From Candidatus Binatia bacterium (GTDB lineage Bacteria > Desulfobacterota > Binatia > Bin18), in contig CAXXHG010000039.1 of NCBI GenBank assembly GCA_963666315.2, forward strand, positions 105,608 to 169,607: a stretch of 64,000 nucleotides of DNA. The letters are read 5' to 3'. The position numbers and the translations under genes are program-made. Below, one piece after another: positions 33,842-44,718 of the stretch (position 1 is its first letter; each line of letters begins with the position of its first letter). The notes under the pieces were generated by a model, which saw only the letters and a program-made list of their open reading frames with translations, was not told where the DNA came from and did no database searches.

Positions 33842-33956
33842 CGTTCATGCTTCGACAGGCTTAGCACGAACGGGGATACTCTACAGAATAAGCTGAATCC
33901 GCCCACCCTGAGCTTGTCAAAGCCTTTCCTGAGCGCTGCCGAAGGGGGCGAGCCAT
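33842..33956. repeat. intergenic palindromic repeat (cttcgacaggct / ccctgagcttgtcgaag family)
   Basis: Related copy at 62644-62717 (ccgttcaccctgagcttgtcgaagggcgaacg). Confidence 0.7.
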
Positions 33957-34026
33957 CATAAAGGGATAGGCATCAAGCAGAGGCGCATAACTCGACGCGT
34001 ATCACCTCAGGACGTGCTCTTATACA

Positions 34027-34908
34027 ATGGACGAACTCATACGAAAAGCCGATATTCTGCTTGATGCCTTGCCGTTTATCCGTCGTTTTTCCGGCAAAAC
34101 GATAGTCATTAAATATGGCGGCCATGCCATGGAGGACGAGGATCTCAAGCAGAAGTTTGCTGAGGACATTGTGCTGCTCAAATTTGTGGGCATGAATCCC
34201 GTCGTCATCCATGGCGGTGGTCCGCAAATCGGGCACATGCTCAAGCGCCTGGACATTGCCTCCAGCTTCGTGCGGGGCATGCGGGTGACTGACGCTGCGA
34301 CCATGGAAGTCGTGGAAATGGTTCTGAACCGCGTCAACAAAGAAATTGTGACATTGATCAATCAATACGGGAGTCCGGCCGTTGGCCTGAGCGGGAAAGA
34401 CGGTGAACTCGTGGTTGCGCGCAAAATGCTGCTTGATAGAGACGAACCGGATCAACCCGCGCAGCACGACCTCGGCTTTGTCGGAGAGATTGTCGGCGTG
34501 AATCCGCGGGTGATACATGCGCTGACCGCGCAGGGGTTTATTCCCGTGATCGCGCCGATCGGCATTGGCCAAGCTGGAGAGACGTTTAATATCAACGCCG
34601 ATCTTGTTGCCGGCAAAGTGGCCGAAGCACTTCAGGCTGAGAAATTTATTTTGCTGACGGACGTGCCAGGCATCAACGATAAAGACGGCAATCTGCTGTC
34701 GACCGTCTCCGCAACACAGGCCCAAGAACTCATCGACGACGGCACCATCAGCGCGGGCATGATCCCGAAGGTAGAATGCTGCATTGCCGCCTTGCACGGC
34801 GGGGTACACAAAACCCATATTCTGGACGGTCGGGTGCGGCACTCCGTCCTCTTAGAGATCCTGACCAAAGAAGGGATAGGGACCGAAGTCAGCCGGCAGC
34901 CGGTTTAG
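34027..34908 (+). CDS. argB: acetylglutamate kinase
   Basis: KYGGHAM, HGGGPQI, NINAD, GMIPKV. Confidence 0.97.
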   Translation: MDELIRKADILLDALPFIRRFSGKTIVIKYGGHAMEDEDLKQKFAEDIVLLKFVGMNPVVIHGGGPQIGHMLKRLDIASSFVRGMRVTDAATMEVVEMVLNRVNKEIVTLINQYGSPAVGLSGKDGELVVARKMLLDRDEPDQPAQHDLGFVGEIVGVNPRVIHALTAQGFIPVIAPIGIGQAGETFNINADLVAGKVAEALQAEKFILLTDVPGINDKDGNLLSTVSATQAQELIDDGTISAGMIPKVECCIAALHGGVHKTHILDGRVRHSVLLEILTKEGIGTEVSRQPV

Positions 34909-35057
34909 ATCTAACCGGTCTCTTTCTTGCTCCCGGTTCCAGCTCTTGGCAAAGACCAGGCGCAGGTGTATACGGATGGACTTCCGCTGTGTTTCTCGTG
35001 TTTGTACAGACTGGGCGCGGAATATTTTTCGAACGAAGCTGCCAGGGGGAAAAGACA

Positions 35058-36251
35058 ATGGTCATGACAAGCCAGGAAATCATCGATCTTAATAATAAAT
35101 ATCTGTGTTCGACCTACGCCCGTTTCCCGGTTGCTTTCGTACGTGGCGAGGGCTGTCGGCTGTGGGATGCCGAAGGCAAGTCCTATCTGGATTTCTTTGC
35201 CAGCCTGGCGGTGCTGAACTTGGGCCAGTGCCATCCTGCTGTGGTGAAAGCGGTGCAGGAGCAAGTCGCGACCCTGACCCATATCTCCAATCTGCATTAT
35301 ATTATCCCCCAAGCGCGTTTGGCGGAATTACTGTGTACGCATTCGTTTGCCGACAAAGTCTTCTTTTGCAACAGCGGTGCGGAAGCGAATGAGGCCTCCA
35401 TTAAACTGGCTCGTAAATATGGGGTCGAAAATCGCGACGGCCGGTACGAGATCCTGACGGTGCTGGGATCTTTTCATGGCCGCACTATGGCCACCATTGC
35501 CGCCACTGGCCAAGAAAAAGTCCGCCAAGGCTTTGGGCCGGTGCTTGAAGGGTTTCGCTATGTGCCGTTTGGCGATCTGGATGCCATGGCGTCTGCGATT
35601 TCCGATAAAACTGTGGCGATTTTAGTCGAGCCGATTCTCGGCGAGGGTGGGGTCGTCGTCCCTCCGCCGGGCTATCTCAAGGGGCTGCGTGAGCTGTGTG
35701 ATCGCAACGGTCTGTTGCTGATTCTCGACGAAGTCCAAGTCGGCATCGGGAGGACAGGCAAACTCTTTGCCTACGAACATGAAGGGGTTACGCCGGATAT
35801 CATGCCGTTGGCGAAAGCGCTGGGTGGCGGTGTCCCTATCGGTGCCATGCTGGCCAAAGCGGACGTGGCAGAAAGCCTCAGCCTCGGTTCGCACGGCTCA
35901 ACCTTCGGTGGGAATGCGATTGCGTGCGCGGCCGGTGTTGCCGTGATTGAAACCTTGCTCAACGATGGCGTGCTCGATAATTGTGCGGAAATGGGCGCCT
36001 ACTTCTTGGGTAAGCTGAACGCACTGAAAGAGAAATTCTCTTTTATTACCGACGTGCGTGGTCAAGGCCTCATTCTGGGAGCCGAGCTTGATCGCGAAGG
36101 CGGAAAGATTGCGGATACCTGTCTCAGAGAAGGCGTCATGATTAATTGCGCTGCGGGGAAAGTTTTGCGCTTCCTGCCTCCGCTTATTATCACCAAGGAA
36201 GAAATCGATGAGGGCTTAGACATCGTAGAGAAAGTGCTGGTCCAGCAATGA
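35058..36251 (+). CDS. argD: acetylornithine aminotransferase
   Basis: NSGAEANE, SFHGRT, DEVQVG, LAKALGGG. Confidence 0.95.
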   Translation: MVMTSQEIIDLNNKYLCSTYARFPVAFVRGEGCRLWDAEGKSYLDFFASLAVLNLGQCHPAVVKAVQEQVATLTHISNLHYIIPQARLAELLCTHSFADKVFFCNSGAEANEASIKLARKYGVENRDGRYEILTVLGSFHGRTMATIAATGQEKVRQGFGPVLEGFRYVPFGDLDAMASAISDKTVAILVEPILGEGGVVVPPPGYLKGLRELCDRNGLLLILDEVQVGIGRTGKLFAYEHEGVTPDIMPLAKALGGGVPIGAMLAKADVAESLSLGSHGSTFGGNAIACAAGVAVIETLLNDGVLDNCAEMGAYFLGKLNALKEKFSFITDVRGQGLILGAELDREGGKIADTCLREGVMINCAAGKVLRFLPPLIITKEEIDEGLDIVEKVLVQQ

Positions 36252-37156
36252 AACGCGATTTGATTAGCATTGCCGACCTAGCCCAGGCTGACCTTGAGGA
36301 AATCTTCTCTCTTGCACAAGGACTCAAGGCCGACCGTCAAAAAGGCTGGCAGCATCCCATTATGGCCGGCAAAACGCTGGCCATGATTTTTGAGAAACCC
36401 AGCTTACGTACCCGTGTCACGTTCGAGGCGGGCATGGTCCAGCTCGGCGGCTATGCGATTTATCTCTCGCCCCCGGACATCGGCCTCGGCACCCGAGAAA
36501 CCGTGCCCGACGTCGCCCGGAATCTCTCGTGCTGGGTCGACATCATCATGGCCCGGACGTTTTCCCATCAGGTGATTACGGAACTCGCCCAAGCGGCAAC
36601 TGTTCCGGTCATCAACGGCTTGTCCGACTTACTCCATCCTTGCCAAGTGCTCGCGGATTGCCTCACCTTGATTGAGCATCGCGGCAGTCTGGATGATCTC
36701 AAAGTCGCCTTTGTCGGCGATGGTAATAATATGGTGCACTCGTGGTTTAACGCTGCCGCGAAATTGCCGTTTCGTTTTGTGTTAGCCTGTCCGCCCGGTT
36801 ACGAACCGGACCGGGAGATGGTGGAGCAGGCGCTCCAGAGTGGCGCCCGCGTCTCTGTCACGCATACGGTGGCTGAAGCCGTACGGGAAGCAGACGCGGT
36901 GTATACCGATGTGTGGACGAGTATGGGTCAAGAGAAAGAGGGCGTTGTTCGCCGCGAGGCATTCAAAGACTATCAGGTCAACGCCGAGGTGATGGGCTTG
37001 GCAAAGTCTGATGCGCTGGTCATGCATTGTTTACCCGCCCATCGCGGCGAAGAAATTACGGCCGAGGTGCTGGATGGGCCACAGTCCGTTGTCTTCGATC
37101 AATCCGAAAATCGCCTCCATATCCAGAAGGCCATTATGGTGTGGCTGCTCCAGTAG
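36248..37156 (+). CDS. argF: ornithine carbamoyltransferase
   Basis: SLRTR, HPCQ, SMGQE, HCLP. Confidence 0.97.
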   Translation: MKRDLISIADLAQADLEEIFSLAQGLKADRQKGWQHPIMAGKTLAMIFEKPSLRTRVTFEAGMVQLGGYAIYLSPPDIGLGTRETVPDVARNLSCWVDIIMARTFSHQVITELAQAATVPVINGLSDLLHPCQVLADCLTLIEHRGSLDDLKVAFVGDGNNMVHSWFNAAAKLPFRFVLACPPGYEPDREMVEQALQSGARVSVTHTVAEAVREADAVYTDVWTSMGQEKEGVVRREAFKDYQVNAEVMGLAKSDALVMHCLPAHRGEEITAEVLDGPQSVVFDQSENRLHIQKAIMVWLLQ

Positions 37157-37307
37157 AAACGTCCAGACGCTAGCCTCTAGACGCTTTTGCCCGAGAGCCA
37201 TAAAACCTCATTATGCGGCTGGGTGCTGCTGTTGAGTGAGGGAGGGGTGTGTAGGCTGGTGCCGTCTTTGGCATGCCCAGGGGACGTTTTTTGAAAGGAA
37301 ATCTATT

Positions 37308-38507
37308 GTGGCAGATATCAAAAAAGTAGTCCTTGCCTATAGCGGTGGGTTAGACACCTCAGTTATTTTGCGCTGGCTTATTGATACCTATGCGTGCGAG
37401 GTCGTGGCTTTTTGTGCCGACCTGGGCCAAGGCGAAGAAGTAGACTCGATTGAAGGCAAGGCCAAGGCGGTTGGGGCAAGCGCCGTCTATATCGAAGACC
37501 TACGTGAAGAATTCGTGCGCGACTACGTTTTCCCTATCCTGCGTGCCAATGCATCCTACGAAGACGGCTATCTCCTCGGCACCTCCATCGCCAGGCCGCT
37601 GATCGCGAAGCGGCAAATCGAAATTGCGAGGCAAGAAGGTGCGGATGCCGTAGCCCATGGCGCGACCGGAAAAGGCAATGACCAGGTTCGCTTTGAACTG
37701 ACATATTACGCCCTTGAGCCGCGTATCCAGGTGGTGGCTCCGTGGCGAGAGTGGGATATGCAGGGCAGGGCGGCTCTCATTGCCTATGCCGACGAGCGGA
37801 AAATTCCTATTCCGGTCAGCAAAGAGAAGCCGTATAGCACGGATCGCAACCTGCTCCACATCAGCTTTGAGGGCGGCATACTCGAAGACCCCTGGAACGA
37901 ACCGTATGAAGATATGTTCGTGATGTCTGTCTCGCCTGAGAATGCTCCGGACCAGCCGGAATATGTGGAAGTTGATTTTACTGCAGGCAATCCTACGGCG
38001 ATCAACGGCGTCACACTTTCTCCGGCCAGCCTGTTGGCCAAAGCCAACGAGTTGGGTGGAAAGCATGGCATCGGCCGCTGCGATCTCGTTGAAAATCGCT
38101 ATGTTGGCATGAAATCACGCGGGGTGTATGAAACACCGGGCGGGACCATTCTGTCCGTTGCTCATCGGGCTTTAGAGACGCTGACCTTGGATCGTGAAGT
38201 TGTCCATTTGCGCGACTCGTTCATCCCGCGTTACGCCGAGATGGTGTATTACGGCTATTGGTTTGCACCCGAGCGCGAGATGCTGCAAGCGGCAGTCGAT
38301 GAGTCTCAGAAAAACGTGACTGGAACGGTCCGCCTCAAACTTTATAAGGGCAACGTTATCGTGGTCGGCCGAAAGTCCGATCGGACCCTCTACAATCCTG
38401 AAGTCGCCTCGTTTGACGAAAGCGGAGACTATCGACAGGCCGACGCAGAAGGGTTTATTCGACTGAATTCACTTCGTTTGCGTATTCGCGCGCTTGCACA
38501 AAAGTAG
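37308..38507 (+). CDS. argG: argininosuccinate synthase
   Basis: [32 protein letters not shown]. Confidence 0.98.
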   Translation: MADIKKVVLAYSGGLDTSVILRWLIDTYACEVVAFCADLGQGEEVDSIEGKAKAVGASAVYIEDLREEFVRDYVFPILRANASYEDGYLLGTSIARPLIAKRQIEIARQEGADAVAHGATGKGNDQVRFELTYYALEPRIQVVAPWREWDMQGRAALIAYADERKIPIPVSKEKPYSTDRNLLHISFEGGILEDPWNEPYEDMFVMSVSPENAPDQPEYVEVDFTAGNPTAINGVTLSPASLLAKANELGGKHGIGRCDLVENRYVGMKSRGVYETPGGTILSVAHRALETLTLDREVVHLRDSFIPRYAEMVYYGYWFAPEREMLQAAVDESQKNVTGTVRLKLYKGNVIVVGRKSDRTLYNPEVASFDESGDYRQADAEGFIRLNSLRLRIRALAQK

Positions 38508-38599
38508 GGGTGTAGCCTTCTCTTTGTGGCTGGTGAACAGGCGGAGTGTCGCCATTCGAGAATGCTACACCCCTACCGACAAATGTTCAGCATGTTCCT

Positions 38600-39976
38600 A
38601 TGAAACAGAAAAACACAAAAGCCTGGGCCGGACGTTTTGCCACTGCCGCCGACCCACGCATGGAAGCCTTCACGTCTTCACTTGCCGTTGACCGGCGTCT
38701 GGCGCAGTACGACATCCAAGGCAGCGTGGCCCACTGCCGGATGCTGGTGAAGCAGAAGATACTCACCCGCGCTGAGGGAGAGAAAATTCTCAAGGGACTC
38801 AAAAACGTGCAACGTGAACTGACGTGCGGACGTTTCCCTTTTCTGGCCTCGGACGAAGACATCCACATGGCTGTCGAGCGACGGCTGACGGAGAAAATAG
38901 GCCCGCTCGGTGGGAAGCTCCATACGGCTCGGAGTCGAAACGACCAGGTCTTGCTTGATGTACGCCTCTTTATGCGGGACGAGATCGCCACGATACACAA
39001 ACTCCTCACAACGTTACAGAAGCGGATCGCGCGGGTAGCAAAGCGCCATCGGACCATTGTCATGCCCGGCTACACCCATCTCCAGCGGGCCCAGCCTGTC
39101 CTCCTCGCGCATCACTTGTTGGCCTATCACGAGATGTTTAGCCGTGATGCCGAACGCTTGCAGCAATGTGCCGAGCGGGTCAATGTGTTGCCGCTCGGTG
39201 CAGGTGCGCTCGCCGGAACAACGCTGCCGATTGATCGGGCGTATGTGGCGCGTTTGCTCGGTTTCGCGCGGGTGAGTGAGAATAGTCTGGATACTGTGGC
39301 CGACCGAGATTTCGTGGTCGAGTTTCTTTCCATAGGGGCCATGCTGGGCATGCATCTCAGTCGCCTGGCCGAAGAGCTGGTGTTGTGGTCGAGTAGTGAA
39401 TTCGGATTCATCGATCTGCCTGATGCCTTTTCAACCGGCAGCTCGATGATGCCGCAAAAGAGAAATCCGGATGTGCCGGAAATCATCCGCGGCAAGACCG
39501 GGCGATTATACGGCAACCTGTTTGCTCTGCTAACCGTGCTCAAGGGGCTGCCGCTGACCTATAATCGGGATCTTCAGGAAGATAAAGAACCGTTGTTCGA
39601 TAGCGTGGATACCCTCAAAGGTATTCTCACCGTCCTTGAGCCTATGTTGGGCCAGCTTCGCTTTCGCAAGGAGCGACTGCGCGAGGCCGCCTTAGGCGGA
39701 TTTATGCTGGCAACCGACGTGGCGGATTACTTAGTTGAAAAAGGGCTCCCCTTTCGACGCGCGCACGCCGTGGTTGGTGCGGTAGTCCAATGGTGTGTGG
39801 CCGAGGAAAAAGAGTTGCATCAACTCACACTTGCGCAGTGGAAGCAATTCTCTCCTCTGTTCGAGAGCGATCTGTTGACTCGACTGACATTGGAGTCGGC
39901 TGTGGATCGACGGCGATCCTATGGCGGAACGGCCCGAGAGAATGTTGAACGCCAATTGCGTTCGGCGGGAGTGTAG
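38600..39976 (+). CDS. argH: argininosuccinate lyase
   Basis: HTARSRNDQ, GSSMMPQKRNPD, YNRDLQEDK. Confidence 0.98.
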   Translation: MKQKNTKAWAGRFATAADPRMEAFTSSLAVDRRLAQYDIQGSVAHCRMLVKQKILTRAEGEKILKGLKNVQRELTCGRFPFLASDEDIHMAVERRLTEKIGPLGGKLHTARSRNDQVLLDVRLFMRDEIATIHKLLTTLQKRIARVAKRHRTIVMPGYTHLQRAQPVLLAHHLLAYHEMFSRDAERLQQCAERVNVLPLGAGALAGTTLPIDRAYVARLLGFARVSENSLDTVADRDFVVEFLSIGAMLGMHLSRLAEELVLWSSSEFGFIDLPDAFSTGSSMMPQKRNPDVPEIIRGKTGRLYGNLFALLTVLKGLPLTYNRDLQEDKEPLFDSVDTLKGILTVLEPMLGQLRFRKERLREAALGGFMLATDVADYLVEKGLPFRRAHAVVGAVVQWCVAEEKELHQLTLAQWKQFSPLFESDLLTRLTLESAVDRRRSYGGTARENVERQLRSAGV

Positions 39977-39977
39977 T

Positions 39978-40463
39978 ATGACGCGGGTAGGGGATAGAGA
40001 GCGGGGATTGGTGTGGAGCGGAGCCGTCCTGTCTTTCATGTGTGTACTGGGTGGAATGGTGATCCTCGTTTCTGGGTGCGGACATAAGACGTCAGTTCGT
40101 CCACCCAGCCTGGTGGCACCGGAACCTATCGGTGATTTAGCCCTCAAGATCGAGGACCACGGTGTGACGCTGAACTGGACTCGCCCGCAGCGTTATATGG
40201 ATGGAAGCGAGATGGACGACTTAGGCGCATTTGTGGTACTACGAGCGGTACGGGATGAGGATGCGGCGCAGCCGTTTACCCGGATTGCCCTGATCCTTGT
40301 AGAGGATCGTGACCGCTTCCGTCAGGTGAAGAAGTTCAACTATACTGACGAGCCGCTGTCGGCTGGAATCTTGTACCGCTATCGGGTCCGTGCCGTAACC
40401 CTAGACGGCTATTTGGGGAATCTGTCAAATACGGTCGAGCTGGTCTGGCAGGACGGAGCGTAA
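39978..40463 (+). CDS. lipoprotein with fibronectin-III-like domain
   Basis: Lipobox VSGC-GHK..PP; LNWTRP; YRYRVRAV. Confidence 0.75.
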   Translation: MTRVGDRERGLVWSGAVLSFMCVLGGMVILVSGCGHKTSVRPPSLVAPEPIGDLALKIEDHGVTLNWTRPQRYMDGSEMDDLGAFVVLRAVRDEDAAQPFTRIALILVEDRDRFRQVKKFNYTDEPLSAGILYRYRVRAVTLDGYLGNLSNTVELVWQDGA

Positions 40464-40552
40464 GCCGTAGCCGGCACAAGCTGATACAGCACAAGCTGTA
40501 CCCAGCACGAGCCGCATCAGGCCGTCCGCTCCGCCGCAGTAAGGACTTGGGT

Positions 40553-41398
40553 ATGAAACTTCCTTTTACCAAGATGCACGGCATTAGTAACGACTACATC
40601 TATGTGAACGCATTTGAAACGCCGCTCGCCGATCCGGGGGCCGTCTCGCTCAAGATCAGTGATCGGCGAACCGGTATTGGTGGCGATGGGCTGATTCTTA
40701 TCTGTCCGTCGGAGACTGCGCATGCACGTATGGAGATGTATAACGCCGATGGCAGCCGGGGCGAGATGTGTGGCAATGGCATTCGCTGCGTGGGTAAATA
40801 TATATACGACCATGGGATAGCTACGGATAACCCGCTCAAGGTGGAGACGGATGCCGGGCTCAAGGTTTTATTCCTTGATATCGAAAACGGCAGAGTTGCG
40901 CGCGTGACTGTCGACATGGGAGAACCTATCCTGGACGGCCCTCAGATTCCCGTTGCAGTGGAAGGGCAGGTGCAGTTGGTTGATCAGCCGCTGAGCGTTG
41001 ATGGGCAGTTGTATCAGGTGACGTGTGTCTCGATGGGCAACCCGCACTGCGTGATCTTTGTCGATGCGGTGGAGTCTTTAGAGCTGGAGAAAATCGGTCC
41101 GGTGTTCGAGCAGCATTCGTTTTTCCCGAATCGGGTGAATACCGAATTCATTCAAATCGTCAGCCCGGCTGAACTGAACATGCGGGTCTGGGAGCGAGGG
41201 TCCGGAGAAACGTGGGCATGCGGAACGGGCGCGTGCGCGGCCGCAGTTGCCGCCGTACTCAACCACAAAGCCGACCGGCGGGTAACCGTGCACCTACGCG
41301 GGGGCGATCTGGACATCGAATGGCGTCTGGCGGACAATCATGTGTATATGACCGGAGCGGCGGAAGAAGTATTTGAAGGAATAGTTGAAATCGAGTAA
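40553..41398 (+). CDS. dapF: diaminopimelate epimerase
   Basis: NADGSRGEMCGNG, SMGNPH, ERGSGETWACGTG. Confidence 0.97.
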   Translation: MKLPFTKMHGISNDYIYVNAFETPLADPGAVSLKISDRRTGIGGDGLILICPSETAHARMEMYNADGSRGEMCGNGIRCVGKYIYDHGIATDNPLKVETDAGLKVLFLDIENGRVARVTVDMGEPILDGPQIPVAVEGQVQLVDQPLSVDGQLYQVTCVSMGNPHCVIFVDAVESLELEKIGPVFEQHSFFPNRVNTEFIQIVSPAELNMRVWERGSGETWACGTGACAAAVAAVLNHKADRRVTVHLRGGDLDIEWRLADNHVYMTGAAEEVFEGIVEIE

Positions 41399-41464
41399 TG
41401 TACGCGTTTGTTTTTTCTCATTGTGCTTCTCTTTCCCGAGAGGATGGGAGAACAGGAGGGCCGT

Positions 41465-42340
41465 ATGTTTTCAGGATCACTGGTCGCGCTGATCACGCCG
41501 TTCAAAAAAAACACAGTCGACGAGCAGCGACTCGCCGATCTGGTTGAATGGCATATTAAAAGTGGCACCCACGGCATTGTCCCGTGCGGAACAACGGGCG
41601 AGTCTGCCACCCTCTCCCCCGAAGAGCATACCCGAGTGGTGAGGCTGGTGGTGCAGGTGGCTGATAAGCGGGTACCCGTAGTAGCTGGAACAGGTTCGAA
41701 CTCAACCGCCGAGGCCATTCAGCTGACGTGCGAAGCACAGGAGGTTGGGGCAGATGGGGCGCTGATGATCTCGCCCTATTATAACCGACCCCCCCAGGAA
41801 GGCATTTACCAACACTATAAAGCGGTAGCGGAAGCAGCGTCGGGATTCCCGATTGTGTTCTACAACATCCCGAGTCGAACCGGGTCCCATATTACTCCCG
41901 CGACCATGGCCCGCTTGGCTGAGATAGAGAACATCGTCGGGGTAAAGGAAGCCTCGGGCTCGATAGACCAGGTGATTGATATCCGCCTGGCGTGCGGGGA
42001 CAAACTCGCGGTCTTGTCCGGTGAAGACTCGCTGACCTTTTCCATGATGGCTCTGGGTGGGGCGGGTGTCATTAGCACAGTCGCAAATATTGCGCCCAAG
42101 GAAATGGCCGCCGTCGCGAACGCCGGCCTCAAAAAAGAATGGGACACAGCGGCCGCGCTCCAGCTTCAGCTGGTGCCTCTCATCCGTGCCTTATTTACTG
42201 AAACGAATCCGATTCCTGTCAAGACTGCGCTCTCGCTGATGGGCATGTGTGAAGCTGAACTGCGCCTGCCGCTTGCGCCTATGGCAACGGCGAACAAAGA
42301 CAAGCTGAAAGCCGTACTGAAGCAGTATGAGCTGATTTAG
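41465..42340 (+). CDS. dapA: 4-hydroxy-tetrahydrodipicolinate synthase
   Basis: GTTGES, PYYN, YNIPSRT, GVKEASG, TNPIPVK. Confidence 0.97.
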   Translation: MFSGSLVALITPFKKNTVDEQRLADLVEWHIKSGTHGIVPCGTTGESATLSPEEHTRVVRLVVQVADKRVPVVAGTGSNSTAEAIQLTCEAQEVGADGALMISPYYNRPPQEGIYQHYKAVAEAASGFPIVFYNIPSRTGSHITPATMARLAEIENIVGVKEASGSIDQVIDIRLACGDKLAVLSGEDSLTFSMMALGGAGVISTVANIAPKEMAAVANAGLKKEWDTAAALQLQLVPLIRALFTETNPIPVKTALSLMGMCEAELRLPLAPMATANKDKLKAVLKQYELI

Positions 42341-42365
42341 AATATCTGGACAGTCGTGTCCTCTT

Positions 42366-42401
42366 ACCCCCTCGCCTTATTAGGGTGAGGGGGTTTTCTT
42401 T
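42366..42401 (+). terminator. terminator-like hairpin between dapA and dapB
   Basis: accccctcgcc...ggtgagggggt followed by tttcttt. Confidence 0.6.
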
Positions 42402-42417
42402 GTAGGGGGAGAAAAAT

Positions 42418-43221
42418 ATGGCTACGAATATTGTGATATGCGGCGCAGCCGGTCGGATGGGGAAATTACTCGTCCGTTTGATTCATGAACATCCAGACGC
42501 CCAACTTGTTGGTGCGATTGAAGCAGGCGACCATCCGGCGCTTGGAGGAGATGCCGGGGAAGGAGCCGGCATAGGGTCGCTGGGGGTGCCTCTCACCAGT
42601 GACTATGCGGCAGCGGCAAACGCGGACACTGTGACGTTGGACTTTACCCTCGCCGACGTAGCGATGGCACATTTACGGACTGCCGTGGAAAAGGGGGCAG
42701 CGATCGCGATAGGCACAACCGGCCTTTCTGCGCAGCAGCAGGCTGAGGCCGAACAGCTTGCTCTGCAAAGTCGCGTCATCATCGCGCCGAATATGAGTGT
42801 GGGGGTCAACGTCCTGATGAAAGTCGTGGCAGATGTGGCAAAGATCCTGGGTGACGATTTCGATCCTGAAATCGTCGAAATGCACCATCGCTTCAAAATC
42901 GATGCACCGAGTGGGACTGCCCTGGCCCTGGGCCGCATTATTGCTGAGGCGCAAGGCAAAGATTTTGAGCAAAGCGCCCGCATTAGTCGCCAAGGCGTCA
43001 CCGGCCAGCGCACGGACGAAGAAATCGGGATTATGGCCTTGCGGGGTGGAGATGCGGTAGGCGATCACACGGTCTATTTTGTGGGTTTTGGTGAGCGGCT
43101 AGAGCTGACGCACCGGTCCCAGAGTCGTGAATGTCTCGCTCGTGGTGCCGTCCGTGCAGCGCTCTGGTTAGCAGACCAGCCCAACGGCTTGTATTCGATG
43201 AAAGACGTGCTAGGGCTCTAA
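42418..43221 (+). CDS. dapB: 4-hydroxy-tetrahydrodipicolinate reductase
   Basis: GAAGRMG, GTTG, EMHHRFKIDAPSGTA. Confidence 0.97.
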   Translation: MATNIVICGAAGRMGKLLVRLIHEHPDAQLVGAIEAGDHPALGGDAGEGAGIGSLGVPLTSDYAAAANADTVTLDFTLADVAMAHLRTAVEKGAAIAIGTTGLSAQQQAEAEQLALQSRVIIAPNMSVGVNVLMKVVADVAKILGDDFDPEIVEMHHRFKIDAPSGTALALGRIIAEAQGKDFEQSARISRQGVTGQRTDEEIGIMALRGGDAVGDHTVYFVGFGERLELTHRSQSRECLARGAVRAALWLADQPNGLYSMKDVLGL

Positions 43222-43262
43222 GCAGGTTGGTATCTCGATTTCACGCCGGCAGCTTCTCTGTG

Positions 43263-43484
43263 CTAATGCGAAACCGGTTGCCCGAAAAGCCTAGGTGCTG
43301 GGGGCTCTCCTCGTGTTTGTGCGTCTGCCGGTTTCTCAGGCTGGGTTACGGAGGGAGATTCCGGCTTAGTTGCGGCTGCAATCGCTTCTCGCATGCCGAA
43401 ACGCCCGCTCTCGCAAAAGGATAAGATTTGATCAGTGAGAGAGGCTTTTGTCGGTTTGATTTTCTGCGTCGTATTTGAGCGCAT
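43263..43484 (-). CDS. small hypothetical protein (73 aa)
   Basis: GGAGGG RBS before ATG; fills an otherwise empty gap. Confidence 0.5.
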   Translation of the reverse strand: MRSNTTQKIKPTKASLTDQILSFCESGRFGMREAIAAATKPESPSVTQPEKPADAQTRGEPPAPRLFGQPVSH

Positions 43485-43702
43485 AGCCGTAACCCTCCGT
43501 CTTTTCTTTCCTCCGCACCACATCTACCTCTGGAGAGATTTATCGGTACTTCGCGTCGCTTTATTATCTCTGAAGCCGGGAGTTGAGGTTTTCTGTACTT
43601 CTGAGTCTCTTCACAAGTGTACAAACGCAGGCAGACGAAAAGGTCCCTCTTCCTGTTTCTATTTTACTAGAGTGTGGCGAGCGGTGTAAAGTTAAATCAC
43701 CG

Positions 43703-44501
43703 CTATTCACCCCGGAATTGTGGCTCCCGCTTTTCCAGAAACGCAGCCACCGCTTCTTTGTGATCCTGACTCTTGAAAAGATAGTCGAGCCCAAAAGTTT
43801 CGGTTTTCACCGCTGTATCGAAATCACTGGTCGCTCCTTGCATAAGCGCGCGTTTTGAAACCGCCAGGGCCAGCGGGGGCAGGGCGGCGCTCTGCCCGGC
43901 CATCTCTTGCACCGTCGCCATCAGCGCGCCGCCTGGAACGGCTTTATTGACCAAACCGATTTCACACGCCTCTTTGCCTTTGAGCACTTTGGCGGTGTAC
44001 ACCAGCTCCAGAGCTTTGGACAAACCCACCAGCCGGGGCAGTATAAATGTCGAACCCAGCTCCGGCATCAGGCCCATCTTGGCAAAAATGGCCCCAATCG
44101 AGGCTTCTTCCGCCGCAACTCGGATGTCCTGGAGAAGAGTCAATGTGAGGCCAATGCCAACTGCTGGGCCGTTAATTGCGGCAATGATCGGTTTGCCACA
44201 ATTATGTAAAGCGTACTGGAGTCCTGAGCGTGAGTGGACGACGCCGGCACTACTCCCTGTTGTGGTCTCGCCGTCACCCTTCTCGCGTTTTTCAATATCC
44301 TTCTGGAACAGCCCGCCAATATCCGCGGCCCGCGCCGGTCATGATAATGACCCGAACATCGCTACGCTTGCCGAGTGATTCATACGCGTGGGTCAGCTCG
44401 TCTCCCATCAGCGCCGTGTAGGCGTTCAATTTATCAGGCCGATTCAGCGTGACGGTTGCAATCATGTCTTGTACGTCAACCAGAATGTCTTGATAGTCCA
44501 T
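43703..44501 (-). pseudogene. enoyl-CoA hydratase/isomerase, frameshifting deletion near 44325
   Basis: TLNRPDKLNA...TGAGR in one frame, ADIGG...KPIIAAINGPAVGIG in another; conserved FCAG missing. Confidence 0.85.
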
Positions 44502-44584
44502 GCGTTCTCCATATGGGACAGGGATTAGCTGAGCTGTCTGTTGTACCAAATCATGACAACTTTACGAGAGGCCGTGCCGAACCC

Positions 44585-44612
44585 TGTCATTCTGAGGGAA
44601 GCGAAGAATCTC
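44585..44612 (+). repeat. family A palindromic repeat half
   Basis: tgtcattctgagggaagcgaagaatctc, reverse complement of 4731-4758 at 26/28. Confidence 0.75.
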
Positions 44613-44718
44613 TCCCCTCGGCGTGAAACTATGCGCGGGCAAACGACTCTACTGCGCGCCTTTATCTGTGTGAGGGACTTGCACGCGGAGCGAGAGGCAA
44701 CAACAATAAGCGCAACTC

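Noticed and set aside
34776-35057. Long N-terminal extensions on argD (also argG, leuA, leuB, dapA, NUDIX, CDGSH)
   Set aside because: Artifacts of the first-start ORF rule; downstream starts have an RBS and family-typical N-termini
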